Shown: positions 14,985 to 24,286 of the stretch, in pieces
Position numbering within the stretch: position 1 is the stretch's first letter
Layout: each line of letters starts with the position of its first letter
NCBI GenBank assembly: GCA_036556325.1
Contig: DATBJR010000043.1
Span: forward strand, 3,285 to 67,284
Reading direction: 5' to 3'
Length of the DNA: 64,000 nucleotides
Source of the DNA: Candidatus Limnocylindria bacterium
GTDB lineage: Bacteria; Chloroflexota; Limnocylindria; QHBO01
The notes under the pieces: model-generated
The model's input: the letters and a program-made list of their open reading frames with translations, nothing else
Database searches by the model: none
What the model was told of the DNA's origin: nothing
Translations under genes and position numbers: made by a program

Positions 14985-15839
14985 ATGATCGGCGGACCGC
15001 ATCGCCGCAGCCGGAATGGGCTGTGGTTCGCGGCGTTCACCATCGTCTCGCTGCTGCTCCTGCTCGCGTCGCAGACGGAGGCCGCCCTGACCCTGCAGCG
15101 GGTGAGCGCCCGCGCGCTGGACCCGATCCGCCAGACGATCGGCGGCATCGGCGCGGGGATCGCTGGCGTCTTCGGGACCATCGGCGAGATCGACCGCCTC
15201 CGCAGCGAGAACGATGACCTGCGCAGCAGCCTGGCCGGGGCGCAGCAGCGGATCGCCGAGCTGCAGGAGGCGGCGGCTGAGAATGCGGAGCTGCGTGGGC
15301 TGCTGGGCCTGACCCAGTCGCTCGAGATGGACCTGCTGCCAGTGCGCGTCATCAGCCGCGATCCGTCCAACTTCACCTGGGACATCGGCATCGACGCCGG
15401 CACGGATGACGGCGTGGCGGTGGGCATGCCGGTGGTCGGTGCGGCCCAGGGGGCCGGCGCCCTGGCCGGCACGGTCGTCTCGGTCGGGGCCGATACGGCC
15501 ACCGTGCGCCTGATCGTGGACACCCGTTCCAGCGTCGTCGCGCTCGACCAGCGATCCCGCGCTTTGGGGCTGGTCCAGGGACAGCTCGGCGGGCAGCTGG
15601 TCATGGTCCAGGTCGATATCACCGACTCGCTGCAGGAGGGCGACGGCATCGTCAGTGCCGGCCTGGAGCTGTCGCGAGGTGCTGCGCGGAGCCCGTACCC
15701 GAAGGGCCTGCTCATCGGTGCCGTGCAGGCCGTGCAGCGGGACAGCAATGCCCTGACCCAGACCGGCTTCGTGCGACCCGCGCTGGACTTCCGGCAGCTC
15801 GATCGGCTCCTGGTCGTCCGCTCCTATCGGCAGGACTGA
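14985..15839 (+). CDS. mreC: rod shape-determining protein MreC
   Basis: Directly downstream of mreB. It has an N-terminal TM helix, a coiled-coil region (RLRSENDDLRS...ELQEAAAENAELR) and a C-terminal beta-rich domain. Confidence 0.8.
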   Translation: MIGGPHRRSRNGLWFAAFTIVSLLLLLASQTEAALTLQRVSARALDPIRQTIGGIGAGIAGVFGTIGEIDRLRSENDDLRSSLAGAQQRIAELQEAAAENAELRGLLGLTQSLEMDLLPVRVISRDPSNFTWDIGIDAGTDDGVAVGMPVVGAAQGAGALAGTVVSVGADTATVRLIVDTRSSVVALDQRSRALGLVQGQLGGQLVMVQVDITDSLQEGDGIVSAGLELSRGAARSPYPKGLLIGAVQAVQRDSNALTQTGFVRPALDFRQLDRLLVVRSYRQD

Positions 15840-15961
15840 CCCCGAATCCCTGACGCCGCGCCAGCGGTGCGTGGGCGCAACTGGCCCCAACGTCTGCCGC
15901 CGTCGCGACCATCGGGGCATGGAGGGCGATCCGCCGGGCCCGCACGCTTGGCGGCACACCC

Positions 15962-17731
15962 GTGCCCATGCCGTGCTCAGGGGACCGCGCATTGCCAGAC
16001 CGACTCCGCGCCATCGCCACCGCAGCCCTCACCGTCGCGCTGAGCTGGACGCTGCTGGGGGCCACTCCGGCGGCTGCGGCCGATCCGCTCAAGGTGGTGA
16101 TCATCGTGGGGCCGACCGGCTCGTTGACCGCCAGCTACCGGTCAGCCGGGAATGCCATCGCCGAGGTCGCCGTCGCGGCCGGCGCGGAGGTCGTCAAGGT
16201 CTACTCCCCGCGGGCGACCTGGGCCAGAGTCCGCCAGGCGGTGGAGGGCGCCAACGTCGTCATCTACCTGGGCCACGGCAACGGCTATCCCAGCCCGTAC
16301 AGCAGCACCGAGTGGACGGACAGGGTCAACGGCTGGGGCCTGAACCGCACCACCACCGGTGGCGACTCGGATGACTGGTCGAAGCACATGGTGTACTGCG
16401 GCCAGAAGGCCCTGGTGGGCACGCTGACGTCGGCGGACGGGGCGGCCCAGTGGAAGTACTGCGGTGGCGCGAGGGGCACCCAGGGCATTCACCCCGCCGC
16501 CAGCTGGGTGATGATCTACAACAGGGCCTGCTACACGCCCGGCGCCAGCGAGGGCTGGGACGTGAAGGCGACCCAGTCGGTCGCCTTCAAGCGCGTCAGC
16601 AACTACAGCTACCCGGCCCTCAAGGTCGGTGGCGGCGCCTACTTCGCCACCGACATGTATCGCGGCGCGGAGGGGCTGGTCGACCTGGTCCTGGCGCACC
16701 GCGACTGGACGTTCGGCGCCATCGCCGAGGCGGCGCCCGGCTACGACCTCGCGGCCCAGAGCCGGATGGAGCACCCGGACCTCCCGGGCCGCCAGCTGTG
16801 GATCCAGCGCACGGAGAACGGCATGGGCACCGACTACTGGTATGCGTATGCCGGCGACCCGAACCTGACCCCGTCCGGCGCGATGGGCGTCTATGTTCCG
16901 CCGCCGGCGCCGCAGGTGACTGCCGTGTCGCCGGCAGCCGGCACCTCCGACGCCACGACCGACACTGCCCTGACCGCCGCGTTCGACCTGCCGGTGACCG
17001 GCGTCAACGCCGCCTCGTTCCTGGTCCGCGACGCCTTCGGGCTGACCATGTCGGGCGTGGTGAGCTACAGCGCCGCCACGCGCACCGCCACCTTCACGCC
17101 GAGCACCCCGCTCGAGGCCGGGCTGCCGTACACCGCCAGCCTGACCAAGGGCATCAGGAGCCGCCTGGGGGCTCGCCTGGCACGGTACTCGTGGTCCTTC
17201 AGCGTGGCGGGTCCGACGGGCGCCGCGGTCACCCTGTACGACGAGCCGCAGGCGCTGGTGCTCGAGCCTGGCACCAACACCCGCTACCTGTTCACGCGCG
17301 ACGGCGTCCTGCGCGGGGAGCAGACGGCCACGCTCCTCGACGCCGCGCAGGTCACCACGTCCATCCGTCGCACGCTGCCGAACCAGTCGGGCACCTGGTT
17401 CTACGTCGACGCCGGCACCTGGGCGCACTACTGGCTGCGCGAGTCGAGCGCGGTCCACCTGGCCGATGCCGTGGCCGCGGCCACGACTGGCGGCGAGGAC
17501 GCGTTCTCGCCGGCGGCCCCGGTGCGCATCAAGCGCGGCACCCACACCGGGTACGCCTTCGACGGCGGGACGATGACGGCCCACAAGACGCTGACCCTGA
17601 CCGGCGGCCGTCGGGCTTACGCCGGCGAGCTGCGGAGCCTGCCCGGCCAGACCGGCCTCTGGTTCCACATCACTGCGGGCAGCTGGTCCGGCCGCTGGCT
17701 GCGCGCCTCGGACGTCGTCTACCTCGAGTAG
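15962..17731 (+). CDS. secreted multidomain protein: N-terminal domain with caspase-like His/Cys dyad context, one Big_5/SbsA-type Ig-like domain, two C-terminal copies of a novel ~80-aa Trp-rich repeat
   Basis: Signal peptide ending AAAADP. A hydrophobic strand + HG (ANVVIYLGHGNG, His at 16274-16276) and a hydrophobic strand + AC (SWVMIYNRACYTPG, Cys at 16529-16531). The Ig-like segment is VTAVSPAAG...TASLTKG. C-terminal repeats cover roughly 17222-17476 and 17504-17728. Confidence 0.75.
   Translation: MPMPCSGDRALPDRLRAIATAALTVALSWTLLGATPAAAADPLKVVIIVGPTGSLTASYRSAGNAIAEVAVAAGAEVVKVYSPRATWARVRQAVEGANVVIYLGHGNGYPSPYSSTEWTDRVNGWGLNRTTTGGDSDDWSKHMVYCGQKALVGTLTSADGAAQWKYCGGARGTQGIHPAASWVMIYNRACYTPGASEGWDVKATQSVAFKRVSNYSYPALKVGGGAYFATDMYRGAEGLVDLVLAHRDWTFGAIAEAAPGYDLAAQSRMEHPDLPGRQLWIQRTENGMGTDYWYAYAGDPNLTPSGAMGVYVPPPAPQVTAVSPAAGTSDATTDTALTAAFDLPVTGVNAASFLVRDAFGLTMSGVVSYSAATRTATFTPSTPLEAGLPYTASLTKGIRSRLGARLARYSWSFSVAGPTGAAVTLYDEPQALVLEPGTNTRYLFTRDGVLRGEQTATLLDAAQVTTSIRRTLPNQSGTWFYVDAGTWAHYWLRESSAVHLADAVAAATTGGEDAFSPAAPVRIKRGTHTGYAFDGGTMTAHKTLTLTGGRRAYAGELRSLPGQTGLWFHITAGSWSGRWLRASDVVYLE
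17222..17728 (+). repeat. protein-level tandem repeat module (2 copies) of a ~80-aa Trp-rich domain, consensus approx YDP-R-L-LRRG-HTGY-F---G-----------------G-W--V-SG-LAGYWLRES--VHL
   Basis: Seen directly when the C-termini of the three consecutive secreted proteins are aligned by eye. It has conserved RxGxHTGY and G(Y/R)W(L/V)RE(S/T) blocks. Confidence 0.7.
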
Positions 17732-17851
17732 CCCTGGCCCCGGGGGGATCGCCGCTGGCCCTTCCGTACCATGGTTCGGAGCGGCTGGGATCGGTAGGGT
17801 GGAGACCGCTGCGGTCATACGCGACCGCGGCTGCGATCCCGACCCCGCGAG

Positions 17852-20800
17852 GTGACCGACCCCATGCGCCGCCTGCCAGCCGCCATCCTCGGCCTCCTGC
17901 TCACCCTCGGCTCGATGCCGACCGCCGCCGTCCGCGCTGCTGATCCCTCCCCGGCCTCATCCGTCTCGCCGGAGCCGCTGGCGACGGGTGCGGTCCTCAC
18001 CGCCGACGGACGCGTCCTGCCACCGATGCCGGCCGGGATGGAGCAGACGTCGGTCCACGCCGAGATGCTCGCCGCCCATGCCGCCGATGTCGTGCGCTTC
18101 ACGCCGGGCGGCGCCCCATCGGTGCTGCTCACGCCCACCGGCAAGATCCAGATGGCGGGGGCCGCGGTGGCGCCGGATGGCGGAGCCGTCAGCGCGCAGG
18201 TCTCCGCCGCCGGGCTGCCGAACGGGCTGCGCAAGGAGGTGTTCGGCTTCCTGCCGTACTGGATGCTGTCCGGCTCGGCACTGTCGTCGATGAACTACCA
18301 CCTGGTCTCGACCATCGCCTACTTCAGCGTCAACGCCAAGATGACCGGCTACCTGGCCAAGGGCACCAGCACCAACCCCACGGCCGGCTGGGCCGGTTGG
18401 AAGAGCTCGGCCATGACCGGGGTGCTCAACCGGGCCCATGAGCAGGGGGTGCGGGTGGTGCTGACCGTCACGATGATGGCCTGGGACAGCGCCTCCGCCA
18501 GCCGGCAGGCGTCGCTGCTGCAGACGGCCAGCGCGCGCAGCCGGTTGGTGAACCAGATCGTATCGGCCGTGCGCGACCGCGGCGCCGATGGCGTCAACCT
18601 GGACTTCGAGCCGCTGGCGACGAGCCTCCGCGACGAGTACGTCAGCTTCGTCAAGCAGCTGAAGCGCGGGCTCGCCAACGCCGGCGTGGGCGATTACCTG
18701 ACGGTCAGCGTGATGGCCAGCGCAGCGACCTGGGCGACCGGCTACGACGTGGCGGGGCTGACGGCCGCCGACGCCGCCGACGCCCTGTTCGTGATGGGCT
18801 ACGACTACAACTGGTCCGGCTCGTCGCGCGCAGGCGGCGTGGCCCCGATCCAGAGCCCGTTCACGATCGACGTGGCCGGCACCATGGCCGACTTCCTGAC
18901 CCAGACCAGCGGCTCGAAGCTGATCTGGGGCGTGCCGTACTACGGCCGGACCTGGCCGACGAAGGCCAAGACCCTCAACTCGGCCACGCTCGGTGGCGGG
19001 TCGAAGGCGTACACCTACACCGGCCACCTGGCCGAGGCCGGGCGCTACGGCCGGCGCTGGGACGACGTGGGCAAGGTGCCGTGGTATCGCCACTGGGATG
19101 GCGCGGCCGGTCACTGGGTGCAGGGCTACTACGACGATTCGCATTCGCTGGGCGTGAAGTACGACCTCGTCAACTCGCGCGGCCTCAAGGGCACCGGCAT
19201 GTGGACCCTGCTCATGGACCAGGGCCGCGACGAGCTCTGGCGCCTGCTGGCGCGCAAGTTCGTGAACGACACGGCGCCGCCGGTCGGCGGCATCAGCCTG
19301 CTGCCGAGCTCGGTCGACGGGGAGGCCTTCAAGGTCAGCTGGCGCGCCCAGGACTACGCGTCGGGGGTATCGACCTACGGCGTGCAGTGGCGACGCCCGG
19401 GCGGCGTCTGGCAGCAGTGGCTGAGCAACACGAAGGCGACGTCGGCCTGGTTCACCGGGACCGCCGGTCGCACCTACCAGTTCCGGATGCGCGCCATCGA
19501 CGCCAAGGGCAACGTCCAGCCCTGGACGAGTCCTCCGGCGACGCCGACGTCGCTGACCCCGGCCGCCTTCGGCAAGGTGGTGGCCGCCACGCTCAACGTG
19601 CGGACCGGGCCCGGGACGGGCTACGGCATCATCGACAGCGCCGCCGCTGGCGACCTGGTGTACGTCCTCGAAGGGCCCGTGAGCTCCGGCGGATACGAGT
19701 GGTATCGGGTCCAGTACGGCTTCACCGAATGGCCCAGCGCCGACTACCCGACCATCGCCTGGATGGCCGGCAGCTCGTCCGGCACGCCGATGATCGCGCC
19801 GGCGCAGGCGCCAGCCGTGACCAGGCTGCGCCCCTTCGTGTCCCAGGGCAGCCGAACCGCCGCATTCAGCCCGAATGGAGACGGCGTGCAGGACAGCGCC
19901 ACCATCGGTTTCAACCTGGCGGGGGCCACGAGCGCCACCCGGCTCGAGATCGTCGATGACGGCGGGGCGGTCGTCCGCTCCATTGGCCTCGGCGCACGTT
20001 CGGCCGGCGCCAACCAGGCGAGCTGGAACGGGCAGCTGGCATCCGGCGATCCGGCGCCCGACGGCCGTTACCTGGCCCGCATCGTGGCGACCGATGGAAG
20101 CGGCACGCTGCACGTCGGCCCGAGCGGCACCCTCAGCGCCGCCGCCCTGAAGCGCTGGGGCATCACCGTAGATGACGCTGCACCCGGCGTGGACGCCACG
20201 CCCGGGTCCGGCACATCGATGGTGCCGGCCATGGCCAAGGTCGAGGTCGCCTTCACCGAGCCGATGGCGGGGCTGGACGGCGCCGCGGTCCAGCTCACGG
20301 CTGATGGCGTGCCCCTGGCCGCGCACGCGTACGTCCGCGCCGACGACCGCAGCGTCCTGCTCCGAGCGGACGATCCGCTGCCCACCGGCGCTGCCATCGG
20401 CGTGGTCCTGGACGCGTCGGTGCGGGACGCGGCCGGCAATCGGCCGGCGATGACCGCCTGGACCTTCAGCACGGCGCCCGGCCGGGCCTACGACCCGGCA
20501 CGACACGGCACGCTGCGGCGCGGCACGCGGACCGGGTACGCCATCGGCGCCGATGGCGACCTGCTCCTCCGCCACACCGCGGGGCTGTCCGCGGCGCGGG
20601 ACGTCACGCTCAGCCAGCGCGCCGTGCTCCCGAACCTGCCGGGTCGCTGGCTGTATGCCAGGAGCGGCCCCCTCGCCGGCCGCTGGCTGCGAGAGACGGC
20701 CAACCAGCACGTCGACGGGTTCGTCTCGCGCACGACCTATGACACGGCCCAGCGGATCAAGCTGCGCGCGGGCGATCACCTCGGCTACCGCTTCACGCTC

Positions 20801-21208
20801 GACGGTCGCGTGCTGCGCACCAAGCGGCTCAGCCTGCGCAGGGGCGTGCTTGCCGCCTCGTCGGTGCGCGCCGTGATCAATGGTGTGACCTGGTGGCGGC
20901 TGTCTGGCGGGGCGCTGGACGGCTACTGGGTCGAGCAATCCGCGGCGGTGCATCGCCGCGGCGCCGTGGGCAGGCTGCAGTTCGCCGCTCCGCCGCGCGT
21001 CGACGTCGCCGCCGGCACGTACACGGCGTACAGCTACGACTGGCTGGGACGGGTCCGCGGCTCGGTGACGGCGAAGGTCGGCAGCAGCACCGGTGTCCGC
21101 GTCGCGGCCTGGGCCGTCATCAACGGCACGCCCCGCTATCTCGTCAGCAGCGGGCCCTGGGCGGGCATGTGGCTGGCGGAGACCTCCGACACCCGGCTGC
21201 ACGTCTGA
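17852..21208 (+). CDS. secreted GH18 (chitinase/peptidoglycan-glycosidase-like) multidomain protein: GH18 - FN3 - SH3b - FlgD_Ig-like - Big_5 Ig-like - 3x novel C-terminal repeat
   Basis: Signal peptide AVRAADP. The GH18 core FGFLPYW...DGVNLDFEP...MWTLLMD sits at about 18233-19219, with a DGxNxDFE variant of the DGxDxDWE motif at 18587-18610. FN3-like about 19277-19537. SH3b-like (ATLNVRTGPGTGYGII...YEWYRVQY) about 19565-19771. The FSPNGDGVQD FlgD_Ig-like motif lies within about 19817-20116. A Big_5 domain at about 20177-20479. Three repeat copies at about 20483-21205. Confidence 0.85.
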   Translation: MTDPMRRLPAAILGLLLTLGSMPTAAVRAADPSPASSVSPEPLATGAVLTADGRVLPPMPAGMEQTSVHAEMLAAHAADVVRFTPGGAPSVLLTPTGKIQMAGAAVAPDGGAVSAQVSAAGLPNGLRKEVFGFLPYWMLSGSALSSMNYHLVSTIAYFSVNAKMTGYLAKGTSTNPTAGWAGWKSSAMTGVLNRAHEQGVRVVLTVTMMAWDSASASRQASLLQTASARSRLVNQIVSAVRDRGADGVNLDFEPLATSLRDEYVSFVKQLKRGLANAGVGDYLTVSVMASAATWATGYDVAGLTAADAADALFVMGYDYNWSGSSRAGGVAPIQSPFTIDVAGTMADFLTQTSGSKLIWGVPYYGRTWPTKAKTLNSATLGGGSKAYTYTGHLAEAGRYGRRWDDVGKVPWYRHWDGAAGHWVQGYYDDSHSLGVKYDLVNSRGLKGTGMWTLLMDQGRDELWRLLARKFVNDTAPPVGGISLLPSSVDGEAFKVSWRAQDYASGVSTYGVQWRRPGGVWQQWLSNTKATSAWFTGTAGRTYQFRMRAIDAKGNVQPWTSPPATPTSLTPAAFGKVVAATLNVRTGPGTGYGIIDSAAAGDLVYVLEGPVSSGGYEWYRVQYGFTEWPSADYPTIAWMAGSSSGTPMIAPAQAPAVTRLRPFVSQGSRTAAFSPNGDGVQDSATIGFNLAGATSATRLEIVDDGGAVVRSIGLGARSAGANQASWNGQLASGDPAPDGRYLARIVATDGSGTLHVGPSGTLSAAALKRWGITVDDAAPGVDATPGSGTSMVPAMAKVEVAFTEPMAGLDGAAVQLTADGVPLAAHAYVRADDRSVLLRADDPLPTGAAIGVVLDASVRDAAGNRPAMTAWTFSTAPGRAYDPARHGTLRRGTRTGYAIGADGDLLLRHTAGLSAARDVTLSQRAVLPNLPGRWLYARSGPLAGRWLRETANQHVDGFVSRTTYDTAQRIKLRAGDHLGYRFTLDGRVLRTKRLSLRRGVLAASSVRAVINGVTWWRLSGGALDGYWVEQSAAVHRRGAVGRLQFAAPPRVDVAAGTYTAYSYDWLGRVRGSVTAKVGSSTGVRVAAWAVINGTPRYLVSSGPWAGMWLAETSDTRLHV
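20483..21205 (+). repeat. same ~80-aa repeat module, 3 tandem copies at the C-terminus of the GH18 protein
   Basis: The copies begin RAYDPARHGTLRRGTRTGYAI, TTYDTAQRIKLRAGDHLGYRF and LQFAAPPRVDVAAGTYTAYSY. Each ends in a G-x-W-[LV]-x-E block. Confidence 0.7.
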
Positions 21209-21321
21209 CGCAGGCACCCCATCGGTACCAGACCGATTAGGTCATGCCCCGGCCGCATGGTGCTCCGTAGGGTGAGCCCGAACTCATCCGACTGACCACT
21301 GCCAGAGGGGGACTCATCCAG

Positions 21322-22323
21322 ATGCCCCAGTCCACGGGACGCGGACGCCTCGTCGCCGCACTCACCGCCCTGATGCTGCTGGCGGGCGCCGTCGCCGCCT
21401 CGCCAGCCACCACCCTCGCCTACGGTGGCGACGGGCTGCGGGCAGCCGCCAACCGGCTCCGCGCCGACGCCCATGTCCCGCCGGTGGCCGGCACCGCGCT
21501 GCTCGACGACATCGCCAGCCACCGCGCCAGCCAGCTGGTCCGCCTTGACCGCCTGGAGCACGACATGGACTACGTCACCCATCGGCTCAACGACGCCGGG
21601 GTGTGCTGGAAGCAGGCGGGCGAGATCCTGGCCTGGGAGAGGGGTGCCTCCGATTACGACTACCGGCGCACCGGGCAGGCCTGGTTCGATTCCGACACGC
21701 ACCGGGACATCATGCTGGGCGCCGACTACAACGCCGCGGGTGGCGCCTGGCGCAGCGCGCCGCACCTGCAGCATTACTCGGTCATGGTCCTGGTGGAGCT
21801 GTGTGGCACGACCACCAGCTCGGTCAGCATCAGCGCCCTCAGGCCGCGCCGGACCTACGACCCGGACCGGCCGCTCGTCCTGCGCCGCGGCCGGCATACC
21901 GGCTACAAGCTGAGCGCGGAGGGATTCGTCGTGTCGCGCCGGACCGTGTCGTATGCCCACCGTGCCACGCGAACCACCTCCGGACGCGTCTACGTCGGCA
22001 ACACGGCCTACCTGAAGGTCAGCAGCGGGAAGCTGCGGGGCTACTGGGTTCGGGAGAGCAGCCACACCCACGTCAGGGGCATGACCCAGTACCGCGAGTT
22101 CCAATCAGCGCGGGCCATCTCGGTGGCGGCCGGCCGCCACCGCGGCCATCGCTTCGATTGGCTGGGACGCGTCACCGACTCCCGCGGCCGCATCTATCGC
22201 CACGCCACCCTGACCGCCGCCACCGCCCGCGCGGTGATCAACGGGCGCGTCTACCTGCGCTTCGCGAACGGCTGGCTGGCCGGACACTGGGTGCGGGACA
22301 CCGGCCACATCACCTTCAGGTAG
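21322..22323 (+). CDS. secreted CAP/SCP (YkwD-like) domain protein with two C-terminal copies of the novel repeat
   Basis: Signal peptide. A YkwD-like signature (AWFDSDTHRDIMLGADYNAAGGAW) is present. Repeat copies are at about 21847-22080 and 22081-22320. Confidence 0.7.
   Translation: MPQSTGRGRLVAALTALMLLAGAVAASPATTLAYGGDGLRAAANRLRADAHVPPVAGTALLDDIASHRASQLVRLDRLEHDMDYVTHRLNDAGVCWKQAGEILAWERGASDYDYRRTGQAWFDSDTHRDIMLGADYNAAGGAWRSAPHLQHYSVMVLVELCGTTTSSVSISALRPRRTYDPDRPLVLRRGRHTGYKLSAEGFVVSRRTVSYAHRATRTTSGRVYVGNTAYLKVSSGKLRGYWVRESSHTHVRGMTQYREFQSARAISVAAGRHRGHRFDWLGRVTDSRGRIYRHATLTAATARAVINGRVYLRFANGWLAGHWVRDTGHITFR
21847..22320 (+). repeat. same ~80-aa repeat module, 2 tandem copies at the C-terminus of the CAP-domain protein
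   Basis: RTYDPDRPLVLRRGRHTGYKL...GYWVRESSHTHV and ISVAAGRHRGHRFDWLG...GHWVRDTGHITF. Confidence 0.7.
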
Positions 22324-22359
22324 GGGCCACGGTCCCCACGCGTCGTAGAATCGGCGCCG

Positions 22360-23091
22360 ATGTCTATCGCCGTTGCCCGCCGTCCCGATGGACGCGCCAC
22401 CACCCAGCTCCGGCCGGTCAAGATCGTGACCGACTACCTGAAGTTCGCCGAGGGTTCGGTTCTGATCCGGGTCGGGGATACGCGCGTCATCTGCGCGGTC
22501 ACCATCGAGGATCGGGTGCCTGGCTGGCTACGCGGCAAGGGCACCGGCTGGGTCACCGCCGAGTACAGCATGCTGCCGCGCGCCGGGACCGAGCGCAGCC
22601 AGCGTGAGGCGCACACCGGTCGCATCGGCGGGCGGACGCACGAGATCCAGCGCCTGATCGGACGGTCGCTGCGCGGGGTCATGGACCTGGCGAAGCTCGG
22701 CGAACGCACCGTCACCGTCGACTGCGACGTGATCCAGGCGGATGGCGGCACGCGTACGGCCAGCATCACCGGCGCCTACGTGGCGCTGGCCCGCGCACTG
22801 AAGAAGTACGGCATGGCGCACCTGCTGACCGGGCAGGTGGCCGCCGTCAGCGTCGGCATGTCGGGCGGCACGCCGCTGCTGGATCTGAACTACGCGGAAG
22901 ACTCGACGGCCGACGTCGACTTCAACGTGGTGATGACCGATGACGAGCGATTCGTCGAGGTGCAGGGCACGGCTGAGCACCGCGCCTTCGACCGCGCGCA
23001 GATGAACGCGATGATCGACCTGGCGGCCGCCGGCATCCGCCAGCTGTTCGAGCTGCAGCGCACGGCCATCGACGCACCGGCTGCCGAGTGA
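22360..23091 (+). CDS. rph: ribonuclease PH
   Basis: Whole-length match to the RNase PH family ([37 protein letters not shown]). Confidence 0.95.
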   Translation: MSIAVARRPDGRATTQLRPVKIVTDYLKFAEGSVLIRVGDTRVICAVTIEDRVPGWLRGKGTGWVTAEYSMLPRAGTERSQREAHTGRIGGRTHEIQRLIGRSLRGVMDLAKLGERTVTVDCDVIQADGGTRTASITGAYVALARALKKYGMAHLLTGQVAAVSVGMSGGTPLLDLNYAEDSTADVDFNVVMTDDERFVEVQGTAEHRAFDRAQMNAMIDLAAAGIRQLFELQRTAIDAPAAE

Positions 23092-23696
23092 GGGACCTCC
23101 TGCTGGCGACCGCGAATCGCGGCAAGCAGCGAGAATTCGGCCGTCTGCTGGCCGGCATCCCCGGCCGGCTCGTCTTCCCGCAGGAGGTGGGCATCGACCT
23201 GGATGTGCCGGAGCCGTATCCGACCTACGCCGGCAACGCGGCTGCCAAGGCGGAGGCCTACTGCCTCGCATCCGGGCTGCTGACCCTGGCCGATGATTCC
23301 GGCATCGAGGTCGAGGCACTCGACTGGGGGCCCGGCGTGGTGACCGCACGGTTCGGGGGCGATGACGTGGCCGATCGGGTGGGGCTCCTGCTGGACGCGG
23401 TCGGCGACACGTCGCGTCGGGCGGCGCGCATGGTCTGCGTCCTGGCCTTGGCCACCCCTGCCGCGGGACCGGGCGGGTCGCCACGAATCGAGATCTTCCA
23501 CGGAGAGATGAGTGGCGAGCTGACGCGCCAGGCACGCGGCGATGGCGGCTTCGGCTACGACCCCGTCTTCCTCGGGCCGAACGGCCGCACGAACGCCGAG
23601 CTGCCGGAGGGCGAGAAGGACGCGATCTCGCATCGGGGCCGCGCGGTCGCGGCGGCCATGCCGCGGCTTCGCGAGCTGCTGCAGGCGCCGGCATGA
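23088..23696 (+). CDS. rdgB: non-canonical purine NTP pyrophosphatase (dITP/XTP pyrophosphatase) RdgB/Ham1 family
   Basis: [13 protein letters not shown]-terminus and GFGYDPVF motif. The classic rph-rdgB gene pair, with a 4-nt overlap. Confidence 0.9.
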   Translation: MRDLLLATANRGKQREFGRLLAGIPGRLVFPQEVGIDLDVPEPYPTYAGNAAAKAEAYCLASGLLTLADDSGIEVEALDWGPGVVTARFGGDDVADRVGLLLDAVGDTSRRAARMVCVLALATPAAGPGGSPRIEIFHGEMSGELTRQARGDGGFGYDPVFLGPNGRTNAELPEGEKDAISHRGRAVAAAMPRLRELLQAPA

Positions 23697-24286
23697 GCGA
23701 GCCGGCGTTCGTCCACCCGACTGCCGAGGTCGAGCCGGGCGCGGAGGTCGGCAGCGGATCCCGCATCTGGAGCCACAGCCAGGTGCGAGCCGGGGCACGC
23801 ATCGGGTCGGGCTGCAACGTCGGCCGCAACGTCTTCGTGGACGTCGACGTGATCGTCGGCGACCGGGTGAAGATCCAGAACAACGCCAGCCTGTTCCGGG
23901 GCGTGACCGTGGAGGATGGCGTCTTCATCGGTCCGCACGTGTGCCTCACCAACGACCGCCAGCCCCGCGCGGTGAACGCCGATGGCAGCCTGAAGACGGA
24001 CGACGACTGGCAGGTGACGCCCATCCTGGTGCGCACCGGCGCGGCAGTCGGTGCGGCCAGCGTCGTGCTGCCGGGCGTGACGATCGGCCGCTGGGCCATG
24101 GTCGGGGCCGGCTCGGTGGTCACCCGCGACGTCGCCGATCACGAGCTCGTGTTTGGCAGCCCCGCCCGCCGGCGCGGCAGCGTCTGCGTCTGCGGCCAGC
24201 CACTGCCCGATGGGCTCGACGGTGCCCCGTTTGCCGGCAGCTGCCCGGCCTGCGGACGCCCGTTTCCGCCCGAGGCCGAGCGGTGA
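23693..24286 (+). CDS. left-handed beta-helix (hexapeptide-repeat) sugar N-/O-acetyltransferase (WbpD/PglD/NeuD-like) with a C-terminal Cys4 zinc-ribbon-like tail
   Basis: Repeated [LIV]G-x-x-x-x hexapeptides (IGSGCNVGRNVFVDVDVIVGDRVKIQNNA...). The C-terminus is CVCGQPLPDG...GSCPACG. The ATG overlaps the rdgB stop. Confidence 0.8.
   Translation: MSEPAFVHPTAEVEPGAEVGSGSRIWSHSQVRAGARIGSGCNVGRNVFVDVDVIVGDRVKIQNNASLFRGVTVEDGVFIGPHVCLTNDRQPRAVNADGSLKTDDDWQVTPILVRTGAAVGAASVVLPGVTIGRWAMVGAGSVVTRDVADHELVFGSPARRRGSVCVCGQPLPDGLDGAPFAGSCPACGRPFPPEAER

Noticed and set aside
22325-22340. Possible intrinsic terminator hairpin after the CAP-domain gene (GGGGCCACGGTCCCC)
   Set aside because: The stem is imperfect (5/6) with no downstream T-tract. 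It is too weak to call as a feature.
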